Part shown: piece by piece, positions 27,621 to 37,564 of the stretch
Numbering within the stretch: the stretch's first letter is position 1
How the letters are laid out: each line of letters opens with the position of its first letter
Assembly (NCBI RefSeq): GCF_013214165.1
Contig: NZ_JABSSM010000023.1
Span: forward strand, 3,609 to 67,608
Direction of reading: 5' to 3'
Origin: Shewanella sp.
Lineage (GTDB): Bacteria; Pseudomonadota; Gammaproteobacteria; Enterobacterales; Shewanellaceae
DNA length: 64,000 bases
Notes under the pieces: generated by a model
Told to the model about the DNA's origin: nothing
The model's database searches: none
The model's input: only the letters and a program-made list of their open reading frames with translations
Program-made: the position numbers and the translations under genes

Positions 27621-29867
27621 GTGAAGAAGATGAGCATAAGAACCCAATTAAAAAAAATAATGCCGAGTATTTCTACCACAGAGCAAGAGGCTCTCGATGC
27701 CGGCGATGTATGGTTAGAGGGCTCTATCTTCCAAGGCAAACCTGACTTCGCAGCACTGAGAGATATCCCGGTCGCTGCGTTAAGCGCCGATGAACAGGCC
27801 TTCCTCGATGGTCCTGTGACCACCTTGATAGAGATGATCGATGACTTTGCTATTCAGGGTGATAAACATATTCCGGATCACATTCTTAGCTACCTTAAAA
27901 AGAACAAATTCTTCTCTCTGATCATCCCAAAATCCTACGGTGGACTCGAATTTAGCCCTTACGCCAACTCGACCATAGTCGCCACCATATCGGCCAAGAG
28001 CTCGGCCGTAGCCGTGACTGTCATGGTGCCTAACTCTTTGGGCCCAGGCGAGCTATTGATGCATTATGGTACCAGTGAGCAAAGAGATTACTGGCTACCG
28101 CGCCTGGCTAATGGTCAGGAGATCCCGTGCTTTGCCCTAACGAGCCCGGAAGCTGGCTCCGATGCCGGTGGTATCCCGGATGTAGGCATAGTGACCATGG
28201 GTGAATTTGAAGGTAAGCAGGTTCTGGGTCTGTCGATCACCTGGGATAAGCGCTATATCACCTTAGCCCCTATCGCCACAGTGCTTGGACTGGCTTTCAA
28301 GGTTCAAGATCCACAGGGTCTGCTTGGTGGCAAGGAAAACCTGGGCATTACCTGTGCGCTGATCCCTAAGTCTCACCCAGGGGTACAACTTGGCAATCGT
28401 CACGATCCTATGGGCGTTAACTTCTATAACGGCACCACACGCGGCGAAAACGTATTTATCCCTATGGATTTCATCATAGGTGGCCAGACTAAAATTGGCC
28501 GAGGCTGGGCCATGCTAGTTGCCTGTCTTGGCGCGGGTCGTGGCATATCCTTACCTGCCCTTGGCGCTGCGGTGAGCCAGTGCTCATTTAAGTCTTCGGC
28601 AGAATATGCCGCCGTTCGTGAGCAATTTGGATTATCTATCGGCAAGTTTGAAGGTATTCAAGAGAAACTTGCAGACATTGCCGGTAAGACGTATCTGCAG
28701 GAATCCATGCGAGTGCTGACCACAGAAGGCCTTGGCTTAGGCCTTAAGCCTTCGGTGGTCACTGCAATCGCCAAATATCATATGACCGAACTTGGCCGAG
28801 ACATACTCAACTCAGCCATGGACATTCAAGCCGGTAAGGCCATTCAACGTGGTCCACAAAATACCTTAGCCTCGGCTTATGTTGCCCAGCCTATCGCCAT
28901 CACAGTCGAAGGCGCTAACATTCTTACCCGTAACCTGATGATCTTCGGCCAAGGCGTGATGCGTTGTCACCCTCATATGCAGAGCATGGTCGAGGCGATT
29001 CACAGCGAGCATAAGAATGCCGATAAGGTGTTTAACAGCATATTCCGTAAAACAATAGCTTACAGCGTCAACAACAGTTTGCGCGCATTCCGTTTGGGCC
29101 TACTGCCATTTACAGCTCCTTCGAGCTCTAAGCTAGCTGAAGTCGCGACATACGAGAAATCGGTCAACAAGCTGGCTTCGAAGCTCGCGGTTTACGCCGA
29201 CTTCTCCTTGCTGGTACTTGGCGGAAAACTCAAGCAAGCCGAGATGCTCTCGGCGCGCCTGGGTGATGTGATGAGTTACTTGTACGCTGCCATGGCGTCG
29301 ATTCGTTATTACGAACAGAAACTGCCAAGCGAGCAAAGAGCACAAGCGGCGCCTTACTTTCACTATGCGACCCGTTGGTCTCTGTGTAAGGCAGAAGCAG
29401 CACTGCTTGCCTTCCTGGAGAACTTCCCGTCGTCGCCAGTGCGTAAGCTAATGCGTGCATTAACGGTGACTTACTCGGCTAAGATGCCGAAAGTGAATGA
29501 TAACCTAGTCAGAGAGCTTGCCGAGCAGGCCCAGCTCAATACCGAGTTCAAGAAGAACCTGACTCACTTGATTAAGCCTGTTGTCGGTGATGGTAACTAC
29601 ATCAACGAGCAAGCCTATCTGGCTAAGATGGATTGCCTCGAGTTACTGGATAAGGTGAAAAAAGGGCTTAAGGCACGTGCATTCAAATCAGGCACTCGCT
29701 TGCCTATCACACTCGATAATGCCCTTGCTGCTAACGTCATCAACGCCACCGAGCACAAACAATTGCTCAGCTACAACCTCAAACGTGAGCGCGCGATCCG
29801 CGTCGATGAGTTCGATTTTAATATGAACTTAATTAGTGACAAAGCAGAGCTAAAGATAGCTAACTAG
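27621..29867 (+). CDS. fadE: Acyl-CoA dehydrogenase, FadE family (likely start ATG 27630)
   Basis: PSISTTEQEAL, MVPNSLGPGELL, FALTSPEAGSDAG, ITVEGANILTR. Confidence 0.9.
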   Translation: MKKMSIRTQLKKIMPSISTTEQEALDAGDVWLEGSIFQGKPDFAALRDIPVAALSADEQAFLDGPVTTLIEMIDDFAIQGDKHIPDHILSYLKKNKFFSLIIPKSYGGLEFSPYANSTIVATISAKSSAVAVTVMVPNSLGPGELLMHYGTSEQRDYWLPRLANGQEIPCFALTSPEAGSDAGGIPDVGIVTMGEFEGKQVLGLSITWDKRYITLAPIATVLGLAFKVQDPQGLLGGKENLGITCALIPKSHPGVQLGNRHDPMGVNFYNGTTRGENVFIPMDFIIGGQTKIGRGWAMLVACLGAGRGISLPALGAAVSQCSFKSSAEYAAVREQFGLSIGKFEGIQEKLADIAGKTYLQESMRVLTTEGLGLGLKPSVVTAIAKYHMTELGRDILNSAMDIQAGKAIQRGPQNTLASAYVAQPIAITVEGANILTRNLMIFGQGVMRCHPHMQSMVEAIHSEHKNADKVFNSIFRKTIAYSVNNSLRAFRLGLLPFTAPSSSKLAEVATYEKSVNKLASKLAVYADFSLLVLGGKLKQAEMLSARLGDVMSYLYAAMASIRYYEQKLPSEQRAQAAPYFHYATRWSLCKAEAALLAFLENFPSSPVRKLMRALTVTYSAKMPKVNDNLVRELAEQAQLNTEFKKNLTHLIKPVVGDGNYINEQAYLAKMDCLELLDKVKKGLKARAFKSGTRLPITLDNALAANVINATEHKQLLSYNLKRERAIRVDEFDFNMNLISDKAELKIAN

Positions 29868-29894
29868 GCTCATTGTTCACTATACAGCGAAGAG

Positions 29895-29919
29895 ATGCAG
29901 CCCAGTGGCTGCATTTTTT
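29895..29919 (+). terminator. Intrinsic terminator of fadE
   Basis: ATGCAGCC-CAGT-GGCTGCAT + T-tract. Confidence 0.8.
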
Positions 29920-30706
29920 ATGGACTCCCTTAAAGGAAACCTGTTTCAGCCATATATTGATGAACGGTAATTGTCATTTTCATCATGCTTAAATTTTGAT
30001 TCTGCACCAGTTCCCCATTAAATTGCCTTTAATAGGCCTATCGATATGAATTATCATCATACCAACGGAATGGCCTTCAGCGTCATATTCGACGATACGA
30101 CCTCAGTCCTCTGGTTGAAGTTTTTCTTTCCGCTATCCAGAGCAACGGTCTGCTTCTCCTCGACATTGAGATGCTGTCGGTTAATATAATCTCAAGATTT
30201 TTCTTAAAGCCCTACAGCTGAGCTTAACGGGATGCATGCAGTAATCAAGCATCGCCTGTCACGCCGATAAGAAGCTAGCGATATCACTAAAAAGTTAGTC
30301 ATGCTGGGTAACGGATTTTACCTGATACTGACATGCATTAATCTACAGTTAAGCATATTATGAAGGTTAACGGGCAAACGCTACACACTAGATATTTCGC
30401 GGCTTCGGTGACTTTTACGCCAACGGCTTCGATTGCAATGTAGAGGCTGGCTATGATCACAGAGTCAGAGCATTTACAGCCGACTATGGTTTCGACCATG
30501 GGCGTGCTTTCACCCGGGCTTACTACTCCTTAGCCGCTAAGTTACAGAAGGCCGTTACCGTGCCGTGTGGGGATGAAGGCAGTTGGGTCACAGGTGCCAC
30601 CTGGGATGTCGATGGCGATCTGATAGCTTGACGTAACGAGTCGAGTATCGAGCAATAGAAAGAGAAATAGTACTCATGAGCTTTTGGAATCAACAGGGCC
30701 TTAGAT

Positions 30707-31411
30707 ATGAATCCTTCACTAAATATAAATCTGCATATGGATTTTTCACAGCGAGTCGTTATCGACAGTAATGATATGGACTGGCTTCCCAGCCCTCTTG
30801 AGGGAGTCACCCGTAAGCCTCTGGCAAGGGAGAACCAAGAAAGCGGTCATGCCACCAGCCTAGTGCGTTATCAAGCCGGATCACATTTCAGCGCTCACAG
30901 CCACCCAATGGGTGAAGAGATATTTGTGTTAGAAGGCACCTTTTCCGATGAGACCGGTGACTATCCGGCGGGAACTTACATTCGTAATCCGCCAGGCAGC
31001 AGTCATAGCCCGTTTAGCACGAATGGCTGCACCCTTTTTGTCAAACTCAACCAGTTTAATATTCGAGATACTCAACAAGTGCGCGTCGACACCAAGAGAC
31101 AAACATGGCAACAAGGTATTGGAGGACTCGAGGTCATGTCACTGCATGATTTTGAGGGCCAGCACACGGCGCTGGTGAAATGGCCTGCCGATGAGATTTT
31201 TCAGCCCCATAGACACTTTGGCGGCGAAGAGGTGGTGGTATTATCGGGGCAATTTGAAGATGAGCATGGTCGATATCCGGCAAACACCTGGATACGTAAT
31301 CCCCATCAGAGTGAACATCATCCTTTTGTGAAACAGGAGACGGTTATTTTAGTCAAGGTGGGGCATTTACCCATTAAAAAAATTAGAGAAAAATCAACAA
31401 CCAGTAGCTAG
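30707..31411 (+). CDS. ChrR-like double cupin protein
   Basis: Two repeats H.HP.GEEI.VL.G.F.DE.G.YPAG..IRNP..S.H.PF. Confidence 0.9.
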   Translation: MNPSLNINLHMDFSQRVVIDSNDMDWLPSPLEGVTRKPLARENQESGHATSLVRYQAGSHFSAHSHPMGEEIFVLEGTFSDETGDYPAGTYIRNPPGSSHSPFSTNGCTLFVKLNQFNIRDTQQVRVDTKRQTWQQGIGGLEVMSLHDFEGQHTALVKWPADEIFQPHRHFGGEEVVVLSGQFEDEHGRYPANTWIRNPHQSEHHPFVKQETVILVKVGHLPIKKIREKSTTSS

Positions 31412-31643
31412 GACTAGCGGTTCTTGCTATTATTTAGCTCACTTTGAAGTCGAATGGCCAAGCTGGAAGTTCGACTGACTTGCATACTAACACCCAATTT
31501 AAACAGATACAGATAGGAGATTAATTGATGATTGTTACAGGTTTTAACTGGGCAACTGGCGCTTTAACTTAAGCAGTTATAGATCACTAAGCAAGTCTTG
31601 CTTAGCTCTTTAAGTAGCTGTTCCTGTAGATAAGGTTCCACTG

Positions 31644-31711
31644 CCCGGTTGTACTTATCGTTACGACTAGCGACGACTCGTTTCTCGCCTCGAGTAACGC
31701 ATAACACCGGG
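31644..31711 (+). ncRNA. Candidate structured leader RNA upstream of rsgA paralogue
   Basis: Nested stems CCCGGT/ACCGGG, CGTTAC/GTAACG, GCGA/TCGC. Confidence 0.35.
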
Positions 31712-31784
31712 ATCTCAGATATACCTCAGGTTAGTTGACGATCCCCTGATCCAATCAGTTCAGGCGCTTTGCGCTGGGATAAAA

Positions 31785-32918
31785 ATGAATAAACACAATC
31801 GATTCTCAATAATCAAATCTAAAACAAGTTCAACTGCTAGCTCGCTCTCTATTGATAGCTGTGCAGTTACACATCAAGAGACATCAAGCGACTCACTCAT
31901 TCGATTAGGCTGGCGTCCCTTTTTTGCACAACAAGTGGCAGAGGAGAATATCACTGAGATTAAGTTCGCCAAAGTGATGGCCTGTCACCGAAATCAGTTC
32001 GAACTCGAGACAAGCACAGAGCCATTGACGCTCTCAATCACCAACCAGATGCCTGATATCACAGTGGGTGACTGGCTGGTACTTAATGGTGATGACAGCT
32101 TTCGCCATCGTCTGGACCGTACCTCACTATTTAGCCGTAAAGCCCCGGGAAGCAAGGTACAGATTCAGCTCATTGCGGCCAATATCGACACGGTATTTAT
32201 CGTGTCATCCTTAAACAAGGACTTTAATTTAAGCCGTATAGAACGCTACCTTGCCTTAGCCAATGAAGCTGGAGTAACCCCGGTATTCGTACTCACTAAA
32301 GCCGATCTTTGCCATGATACTCAAGTCTTCATTAAACAGATATTGAGCATTTTCCCGCTGGCTATGATAGAGACAGTTAACGCGCTAGCACGCGAGAGCG
32401 TACAAGCTTTGCACGCTTATTGCGCTGCGGGACAGACCGTGGCGGTAATGGGCTCATCCGGTGTCGGAAAATCAACACTCATCAATAGTTTGTTAGGCGC
32501 TGAGGCACAATTAACCTCAGATATTCGCCAAGATGATAGCAAAGGACGTCACACCACAACAGGGCGAACTTTACATCAACTGAGCTCTGGCGGTTTACTC
32601 TTAGATACACCGGGTATGCGGGAATTACAACTTAGCGATTGTGAGCAAGGCGTGGCTGACACCTTCGAAGAGATCACCGCCTTAGCACGGCAATGTCGAT
32701 TTGGTGATTGCCATCATCAGGCTGAACCAGGATGCGCGGTGCAAAAGGCGTTAACCAGAGGAGAGCTAGAATCCAGACGTTTAATTAGTTATCAGAAGTT
32801 ACTCCGAGAACAGGCATTAAACACGGCGAGTTTAGCCCAGAAGCGCGCTAAAGATCGCAACCTAAGCAAGTTCCACCGCTCGGTACAAGATGGGGCAAGA
32901 AGGCTTAAGGGGAAATAA
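31785..32918 (+). CDS. rsgA: Ribosome small subunit-dependent GTPase A (RsgA-like paralogue)
   Basis: AANID, LTKADL, GSSGVGKSTLIN, GRHTTT, DTPGMRE, CRFGDCHHQAEPGC. Confidence 0.92.
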   Translation: MNKHNRFSIIKSKTSSTASSLSIDSCAVTHQETSSDSLIRLGWRPFFAQQVAEENITEIKFAKVMACHRNQFELETSTEPLTLSITNQMPDITVGDWLVLNGDDSFRHRLDRTSLFSRKAPGSKVQIQLIAANIDTVFIVSSLNKDFNLSRIERYLALANEAGVTPVFVLTKADLCHDTQVFIKQILSIFPLAMIETVNALARESVQALHAYCAAGQTVAVMGSSGVGKSTLINSLLGAEAQLTSDIRQDDSKGRHTTTGRTLHQLSSGGLLLDTPGMRELQLSDCEQGVADTFEEITALARQCRFGDCHHQAEPGCAVQKALTRGELESRRLISYQKLLREQALNTASLAQKRAKDRNLSKFHRSVQDGARRLKGK

Positions 32919-33448
32919 TACCAACCCACGAAATAATGGGTGAACACAAACTACAAGGGCGCTTTCTACAAGCGTCCTTTCATAGAACAATCAAGAACAA
33001 AAAATAAACCTTACCTATTAAGATCACCGCTTGCGTGCACAATCACTTGAGTTCCCCCCATAGACTCAGGCTAGTTATACCATTCCATAGGCTGGTTCCC
33101 CCTGGCGATAATGCGCTCGACTATCACGGCGATCTTGAACAAGATTGTCCACTTCAGCGAACATTTACGCTAAGCAAGTGTCATGCAGGCCTTAATTTTT
33201 CAGATCATTTTCTCGCCATATTTTGCCCTTTTTTAGTCAGATTAAAAGCAAAAAACTCACAGGCCCCTTTCATTGTAGATAAAGAGGTACAGTATTTATT
33301 ATCATAATTTTTCAATAAATGATCATTAGTGGTCACTATAATGAATTAAGCCTGTATTCGATTGAAATAGAGAGTCGATTTCAATAACCTTGCCCCCATC
33401 GATGGCGACAATACTTAGGTATTTGACCATTCCAGTTAAAGGTGAAAT

Positions 33449-33853
33449 ATGAAATCAATCCGATATATCTTCAGGCTGCTCGCGTTTGTGATTATAACCA
33501 GCTCAACGGCAGTGGCCGCGTCTCAAGTCGGCGTCATGCTTGGCAGCGATTCTGGGATCAATGCTAAATTGGGTGATATTAAGATAGGAGTAGGCTTAGA
33601 TAATTTTTCAATCACACTAGACAAGGTGATTAATTTTAATAACACACCGTATTTTTACTATGGCTTTGGTGGCAAAATTGCCGAAATAAATTCCAGTCAT
33701 CATGACGTTAAATTGGGTGCCAGGGCCATATTTGGTGCGCAAACATCCGTAGAGAAGTTCACTTTCTTCGTCGAGGCTCAGCCTATTCTTTATATTATTG
33801 ATGATGTAAAAGTCGAGTTAGAAGCCATAGCGGGATTTCGCTATCAGTTCTAA
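33449..33853 (+). CDS. Small outer-membrane beta-barrel-like protein
   Basis: Signal peptide, alternating strands, C-terminal GFRYQF. Confidence 0.7.
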   Translation: MKSIRYIFRLLAFVIITSSTAVAASQVGVMLGSDSGINAKLGDIKIGVGLDNFSITLDKVINFNNTPYFYYGFGGKIAEINSSHHDVKLGARAIFGAQTSVEKFTFFVEAQPILYIIDDVKVELEAIAGFRYQF

Positions 33854-33900
33854 CAGTCACTCAACTGAGGCAAAAAGGCGTTAAAACAAACCAATGGGGA

Positions 33901-34113
33901 CTAGCCTGCGAGTTTACCTTGTTTAGACATAAGATCGGCTTTGACTATCTCGATGGCCGCTAACGCGACTTCGACTTCTATCTTGCTACTTTCGAAGAGG
34001 TAGATAAGGTCCACGGCCAGTTTAACTTCATCAGCAGCGTCATCCAGAGAAGAAGCTGGTGCGGCCGTGTTTGTGGGGACTTTCTGTGATCCAGGTTTGT
34101 TTAGCTTGGGCAT
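33901..34113 (-). CDS. YbaM (DUF2496) family protein
   Basis: SLDDAADEVKLAVDLIYLFE. Confidence 0.8.
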   Translation of the reverse strand: MPKLNKPGSQKVPTNTAAPASSLDDAADEVKLAVDLIYLFESSKIEVEVALAAIEIVKADLMSKQGKLAG

Positions 34114-34432
34114 CTTGTCATCTGTGAATTATCGTATATAGGTTAACTGACATTGTAGATATTTCTTATCTTAGCCACAAGCTTGCTAGACTCGTTATTT
34201 CTGGCCACTTAATTGCCCTCATCAATGTGATCTTGGCTGATAAATGAAGATTACCCACTAATTTCTCAACGTAGAGACATCAATAATCTACCGCTTGAAC
34301 TCACATTAACTTTACCTCGTAGAACATTAACCACAGAGAAGCTCTTATCGTGCGATTAAGCCTTTAGTGTTTGCTCAAGCAAAGATATACTCGAGCCTAG
34401 ATAACCAAGATAACTAACTTAGATGGCGAATA

Positions 34433-34684
34433 ATGAGCGAAACTAGCCCAGGAAAGACACAGAAACTCGATTTCTCAGTAATTAATAAGACCACTGCAAA
34501 ATCGTTTAACGCACAGAAAAACTTGATTAAGCGCCTCTTCAAAGGCAACACAGTCTTGTGTGAAACCTGTAAGCAACCTCTCAAGCTCATCGTGCCGACA
34601 GGCAAGCAACAGACCGGAAAATATGGTGTTTTCTGTAAGAAAGGCTGTACCGATATTGAGTTAGAACTGGAAGTAGTGCTTTAA
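34433..34684 (+). CDS. Small zinc-ribbon-like hypothetical protein
   Basis: CETC and CKKGC motifs. Confidence 0.7.
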   Translation: MSETSPGKTQKLDFSVINKTTAKSFNAQKNLIKRLFKGNTVLCETCKQPLKLIVPTGKQQTGKYGVFCKKGCTDIELELEVVL

Positions 34685-34785
34685 GCCCTGCCAAAACCTC
34701 TTGCTAAAGCCTTCTTAAAGAAGGCATTAAGGCACAAAGCTCACTCACCCCATGCTTACCTCCTCTAAGTTTTCATTTCTAGAAG

Positions 34786-35322
34786 ATGCCATTTCGCGAG
34801 AACATCATGCGCCATTTAAGAACCACGACTCACCCTGAACTGAGTTCACTCGAAGGGAAGGTTTTCCATCGTAAAGCCGCCCGTGGCATCATTCTAGATG
34901 GTGAGAATATTCTCATGCTCTATACGGAGCGATATCATGATTACAGTATCCCAGGCGGGGGAATTGATGCAGGAGAGGCCATCGAAACAGGCCTGCTAAG
35001 AGAACTCGAAGAGGAAACCGGCGCTCAACATATCGACATCATCGGCGAGTTTGGTCTATACGAAGAGTTCAGACCTTGGTACAAGGCAGATTTTGACATA
35101 ATGCACATGCAGTCATACTGCTATGTATGCAATATTCACCCAGAACTCGGTGAAACAAAACTTGAAGCACATGAGATTCAAAATGGCATGACACCAATTT
35201 GGATCAATATTCATCAGGCAATAAAACACAACGAGCACACCATAGCGAGCAGCCCCAAGAAAGGCATGTCTATCGAACGAGAAACCTACCTGCTCAAGCT
35301 TATCGTCGAAGAACTTTTATAA
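34786..35322 (+). CDS. NUDIX hydrolase
   Basis: PGGGIDAGEAIETGLLRELEEETG Nudix box. Confidence 0.92.
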   Translation: MPFRENIMRHLRTTTHPELSSLEGKVFHRKAARGIILDGENILMLYTERYHDYSIPGGGIDAGEAIETGLLRELEEETGAQHIDIIGEFGLYEEFRPWYKADFDIMHMQSYCYVCNIHPELGETKLEAHEIQNGMTPIWINIHQAIKHNEHTIASSPKKGMSIERETYLLKLIVEELL

Positions 35323-35349
35323 GCATTTTTACAAATACACTCAAACAAT

Positions 35350-35375
35350 AAAAAAGGAGCCTAAGCTCCTTTTTT
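35350..35375. terminator. Bidirectional intrinsic terminator
   Basis: AAAAAAGGAGC-CTAA-GCTCCTTTTTT. Confidence 0.85.
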
Positions 35376-35407
35376 ATCATCGGTTAACTGTCTCGTCCCG
35401 AACGTAT

Positions 35408-36637
35408 TTAGAAATTAACAAACAGGTTAATGATCATCGCGTTGACGATATCGATAAAGAAGCCACACACCAGTGGCACTATGATAAAGGCTCTATGGGC
35501 CGCACCATATTGCTGAGATACCGCCGTCATATTCACAATCGCCGTGGCTGTCGAGCCCAAGGTGACCCCGCCGAAGCCGGAACATATGACCGCCGCCTCA
35601 TAGTCTTTGCCCATCATCCTAAACACGATAAACACGGTGAATAGAATCGACAACAACACCTGCAAGGTCATCACCACTGAGATATAAGCCAGGCTTCCTT
35701 CGAGTTCCCATACTTTCAGACTCATCAAGGCCATGGTTAAAAACATGCCTAGACAGATATCTTGAATGAGTGACAGGCCTCTGGAAGCTTCCTCTATATA
35801 ACTTCTGTCTTTCTCTTTGTCACGATTTAGATACGCTCTGCCTAGATTACCTATGATAATACCCGCTAGCAGACAAGCAACGAACATAGGCAGCTTAAGC
35901 CCGGATTCTTGCAGTCCCAGATCGATAAAGTAACCCATAATAAGGGTCACGTTTAACCATAACCAGGCGCGTAACACACCAAAATAATCGACTTTAATCT
36001 GCTGGCTACCGTTTTTATGGCTAGCACCAATATCTAAATTAGTATCCAGATTAGGCTTCACATCATGGCGTTTCATCAGGTAAGCGGCAATCGGACCACC
36101 GATAACACAAGCTGCAATAAGGCCTAATGTATTGGATGCAATGCCTAATTCACTGGCATTGGGAATACCTAACTCCTCTACGAAGGTCGGTGTCCAAGCC
36201 ATGGCTGTGCCGACACCACCTATGAGGGAGATAGAACCAGACATCAAACCTGCTTTGGGGTCTAAACCAAACAGAGTCGCGACACTGACCCCCATAAAGT
36301 TTTGCAAGAAGATAAATACGGTCGAAAGCACTAACAAGATCAATAGCGGTTTGCCGCCTTTTAACAGGGTGACAATATCGGCCTTAAGCCCGATACCGGC
36401 AAAGAAATAGAGCAGGAGGATATCTCTAACATCCAGATTAAATTCAATCTGGATGTCGAAAGCATAATAGAGGATCCCAACAATCGTCGCACAAGCAAAA
36501 CCTCCGACCACGGGCTCTGGAATGCTGTATTTTCGCAATAACTCATAGCGAGAGATGATCGTTTTACCTATAAACAGCGCAATAATGGCTAAGGTAAACG
36601 AGACAAAATCTTTAATTTCAACTATATGGGGTTCCAT
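35408..36637 (-). CDS. gltS: Sodium/glutamate symporter
   Basis: YSIPEPVVGG, GGVGTAMAW, GVTLGSTATAIVNM. Confidence 0.88.
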   Translation of the reverse strand: MEPHIVEIKDFVSFTLAIIALFIGKTIISRYELLRKYSIPEPVVGGFACATIVGILYYAFDIQIEFNLDVRDILLLYFFAGIGLKADIVTLLKGGKPLLILLVLSTVFIFLQNFMGVSVATLFGLDPKAGLMSGSISLIGGVGTAMAWTPTFVEELGIPNASELGIASNTLGLIAACVIGGPIAAYLMKRHDVKPNLDTNLDIGASHKNGSQQIKVDYFGVLRAWLWLNVTLIMGYFIDLGLQESGLKLPMFVACLLAGIIIGNLGRAYLNRDKEKDRSYIEEASRGLSLIQDICLGMFLTMALMSLKVWELEGSLAYISVVMTLQVLLSILFTVFIVFRMMGKDYEAAVICSGFGGVTLGSTATAIVNMTAVSQQYGAAHRAFIIVPLVCGFFIDIVNAMIINLFVNF

Positions 36638-36838
36638 CTATTTCTCTTCCTCAAAAAACTGTCAACACTTCACATCGCATCACATTAGCACTTAATGAAA
36701 AAAGCATCATAAAATACGAACATAAATATAGAGAAAAAATGCTGAATTAGAATTGAATCAAAGAGATAAAAAAAGCTGACCACTCAGCTTTTCAGCGCCT
36801 AAAAATAATATTATGGTTCTAATAAATGCAGACTAGCT

Positions 36839-37075
36839 TTATTGGCGGGTATAAATCTGTAGAATGAGGGTCTTGTTATTGCCTTTAAGCCACTAAGCCT
36901 TTAAAAACTGTAAAAGCCATGACAAATCAGCATAAGCATTATTGGCGGGTATAGATCTGTAGAATGAAGGTCTTGTTATTGCCACTAAGCCTTTAAAAAC
37001 TGTAAAAGCCATGACAAATCAGCATAAGCATTATTGGCGGGTATAGATCTGTAGGATAGGTGTCTTGTTATTGCC
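36839..37075 (-). repeat. Three diverged copies of the last 45 nt of the 37031 gene with a shared 47-nt linker
   Basis: Copies at 36839-36883, 36939-36983, 37031-37075; periods 100 and 92 bp. Confidence 0.95.
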
Positions 37076-37462
37076 AAATGAGAGTGTCATTGAGATGCTT
37101 TCTCCTCGTTTAAACTTCTGCTTATAGGTAAGGGGAGAGAGACGTCCGCCATCTCCCATGAGTGCCATAAGCTGATCACTTTTAAAAATTCGGCTACCCG
37201 ATGATTGATTTTCCAGGGTCACCACGGCGCGACGATCGCCTTTTTCATTACTCATCAAGATGTAATTGACCACAATAAAGTCACTAATTTTCGGCTGTAT
37301 ATCACCATCATTGGTGAAATTAAGCTCAACATCATTAGAGACGATTCTGTCGACACTAAAAACATCACTCAGCTCGTTTTCGTCTGGCTTGTTAGCGGAA
37401 AAACTACTAAAACTGATCAAGGAGGTGACCAATAATAGGCTTGTGGTTAATTGACGGTTCAA
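37031..37462 (-). CDS. Secreted hypothetical protein, 143 aa
   Basis: Signal peptide; no family recognised. Confidence 0.8.
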   Translation of the reverse strand: MNRQLTTSLLLVTSLISFSSFSANKPDENELSDVFSVDRIVSNDVELNFTNDGDIQPKISDFIVVNYILMSNEKGDRRAVVTLENQSSGSRIFKSDQLMALMGDGGRLSPLTYKQKFKRGESISMTLSFGNNKTPILQIYTRQ

Positions 37463-37564
37463 AAGAACCTCCTGTTTTGAATAATTTCTTGTTCAGGTGC
37501 TAGCCATCGCCAAGTTTCTCTTAACCCTAGGATGACAAACACAGGCACTAACACTTACTTAAGG

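Noticed and set aside
29950-30620. Start-less open frames, one weakly PAS-like (GRIVEYDAEGHSVGMMIIHID, minus) and one ...GFDHGRAFTRAYYS... (plus)
   Set aside because: Probably gene debris, but no family can be assigned confidently without a search
33035-33307. 90-aa ORF downstream of rsgA
   Set aside because: No RBS, atypical composition, likely spurious
36839-37075. Possible CRISPR-like array or DGR template/variable repeats
   Set aside because: Linkers are identical rather than unique, substitutions are not adenine-specific, and no linked intact RT
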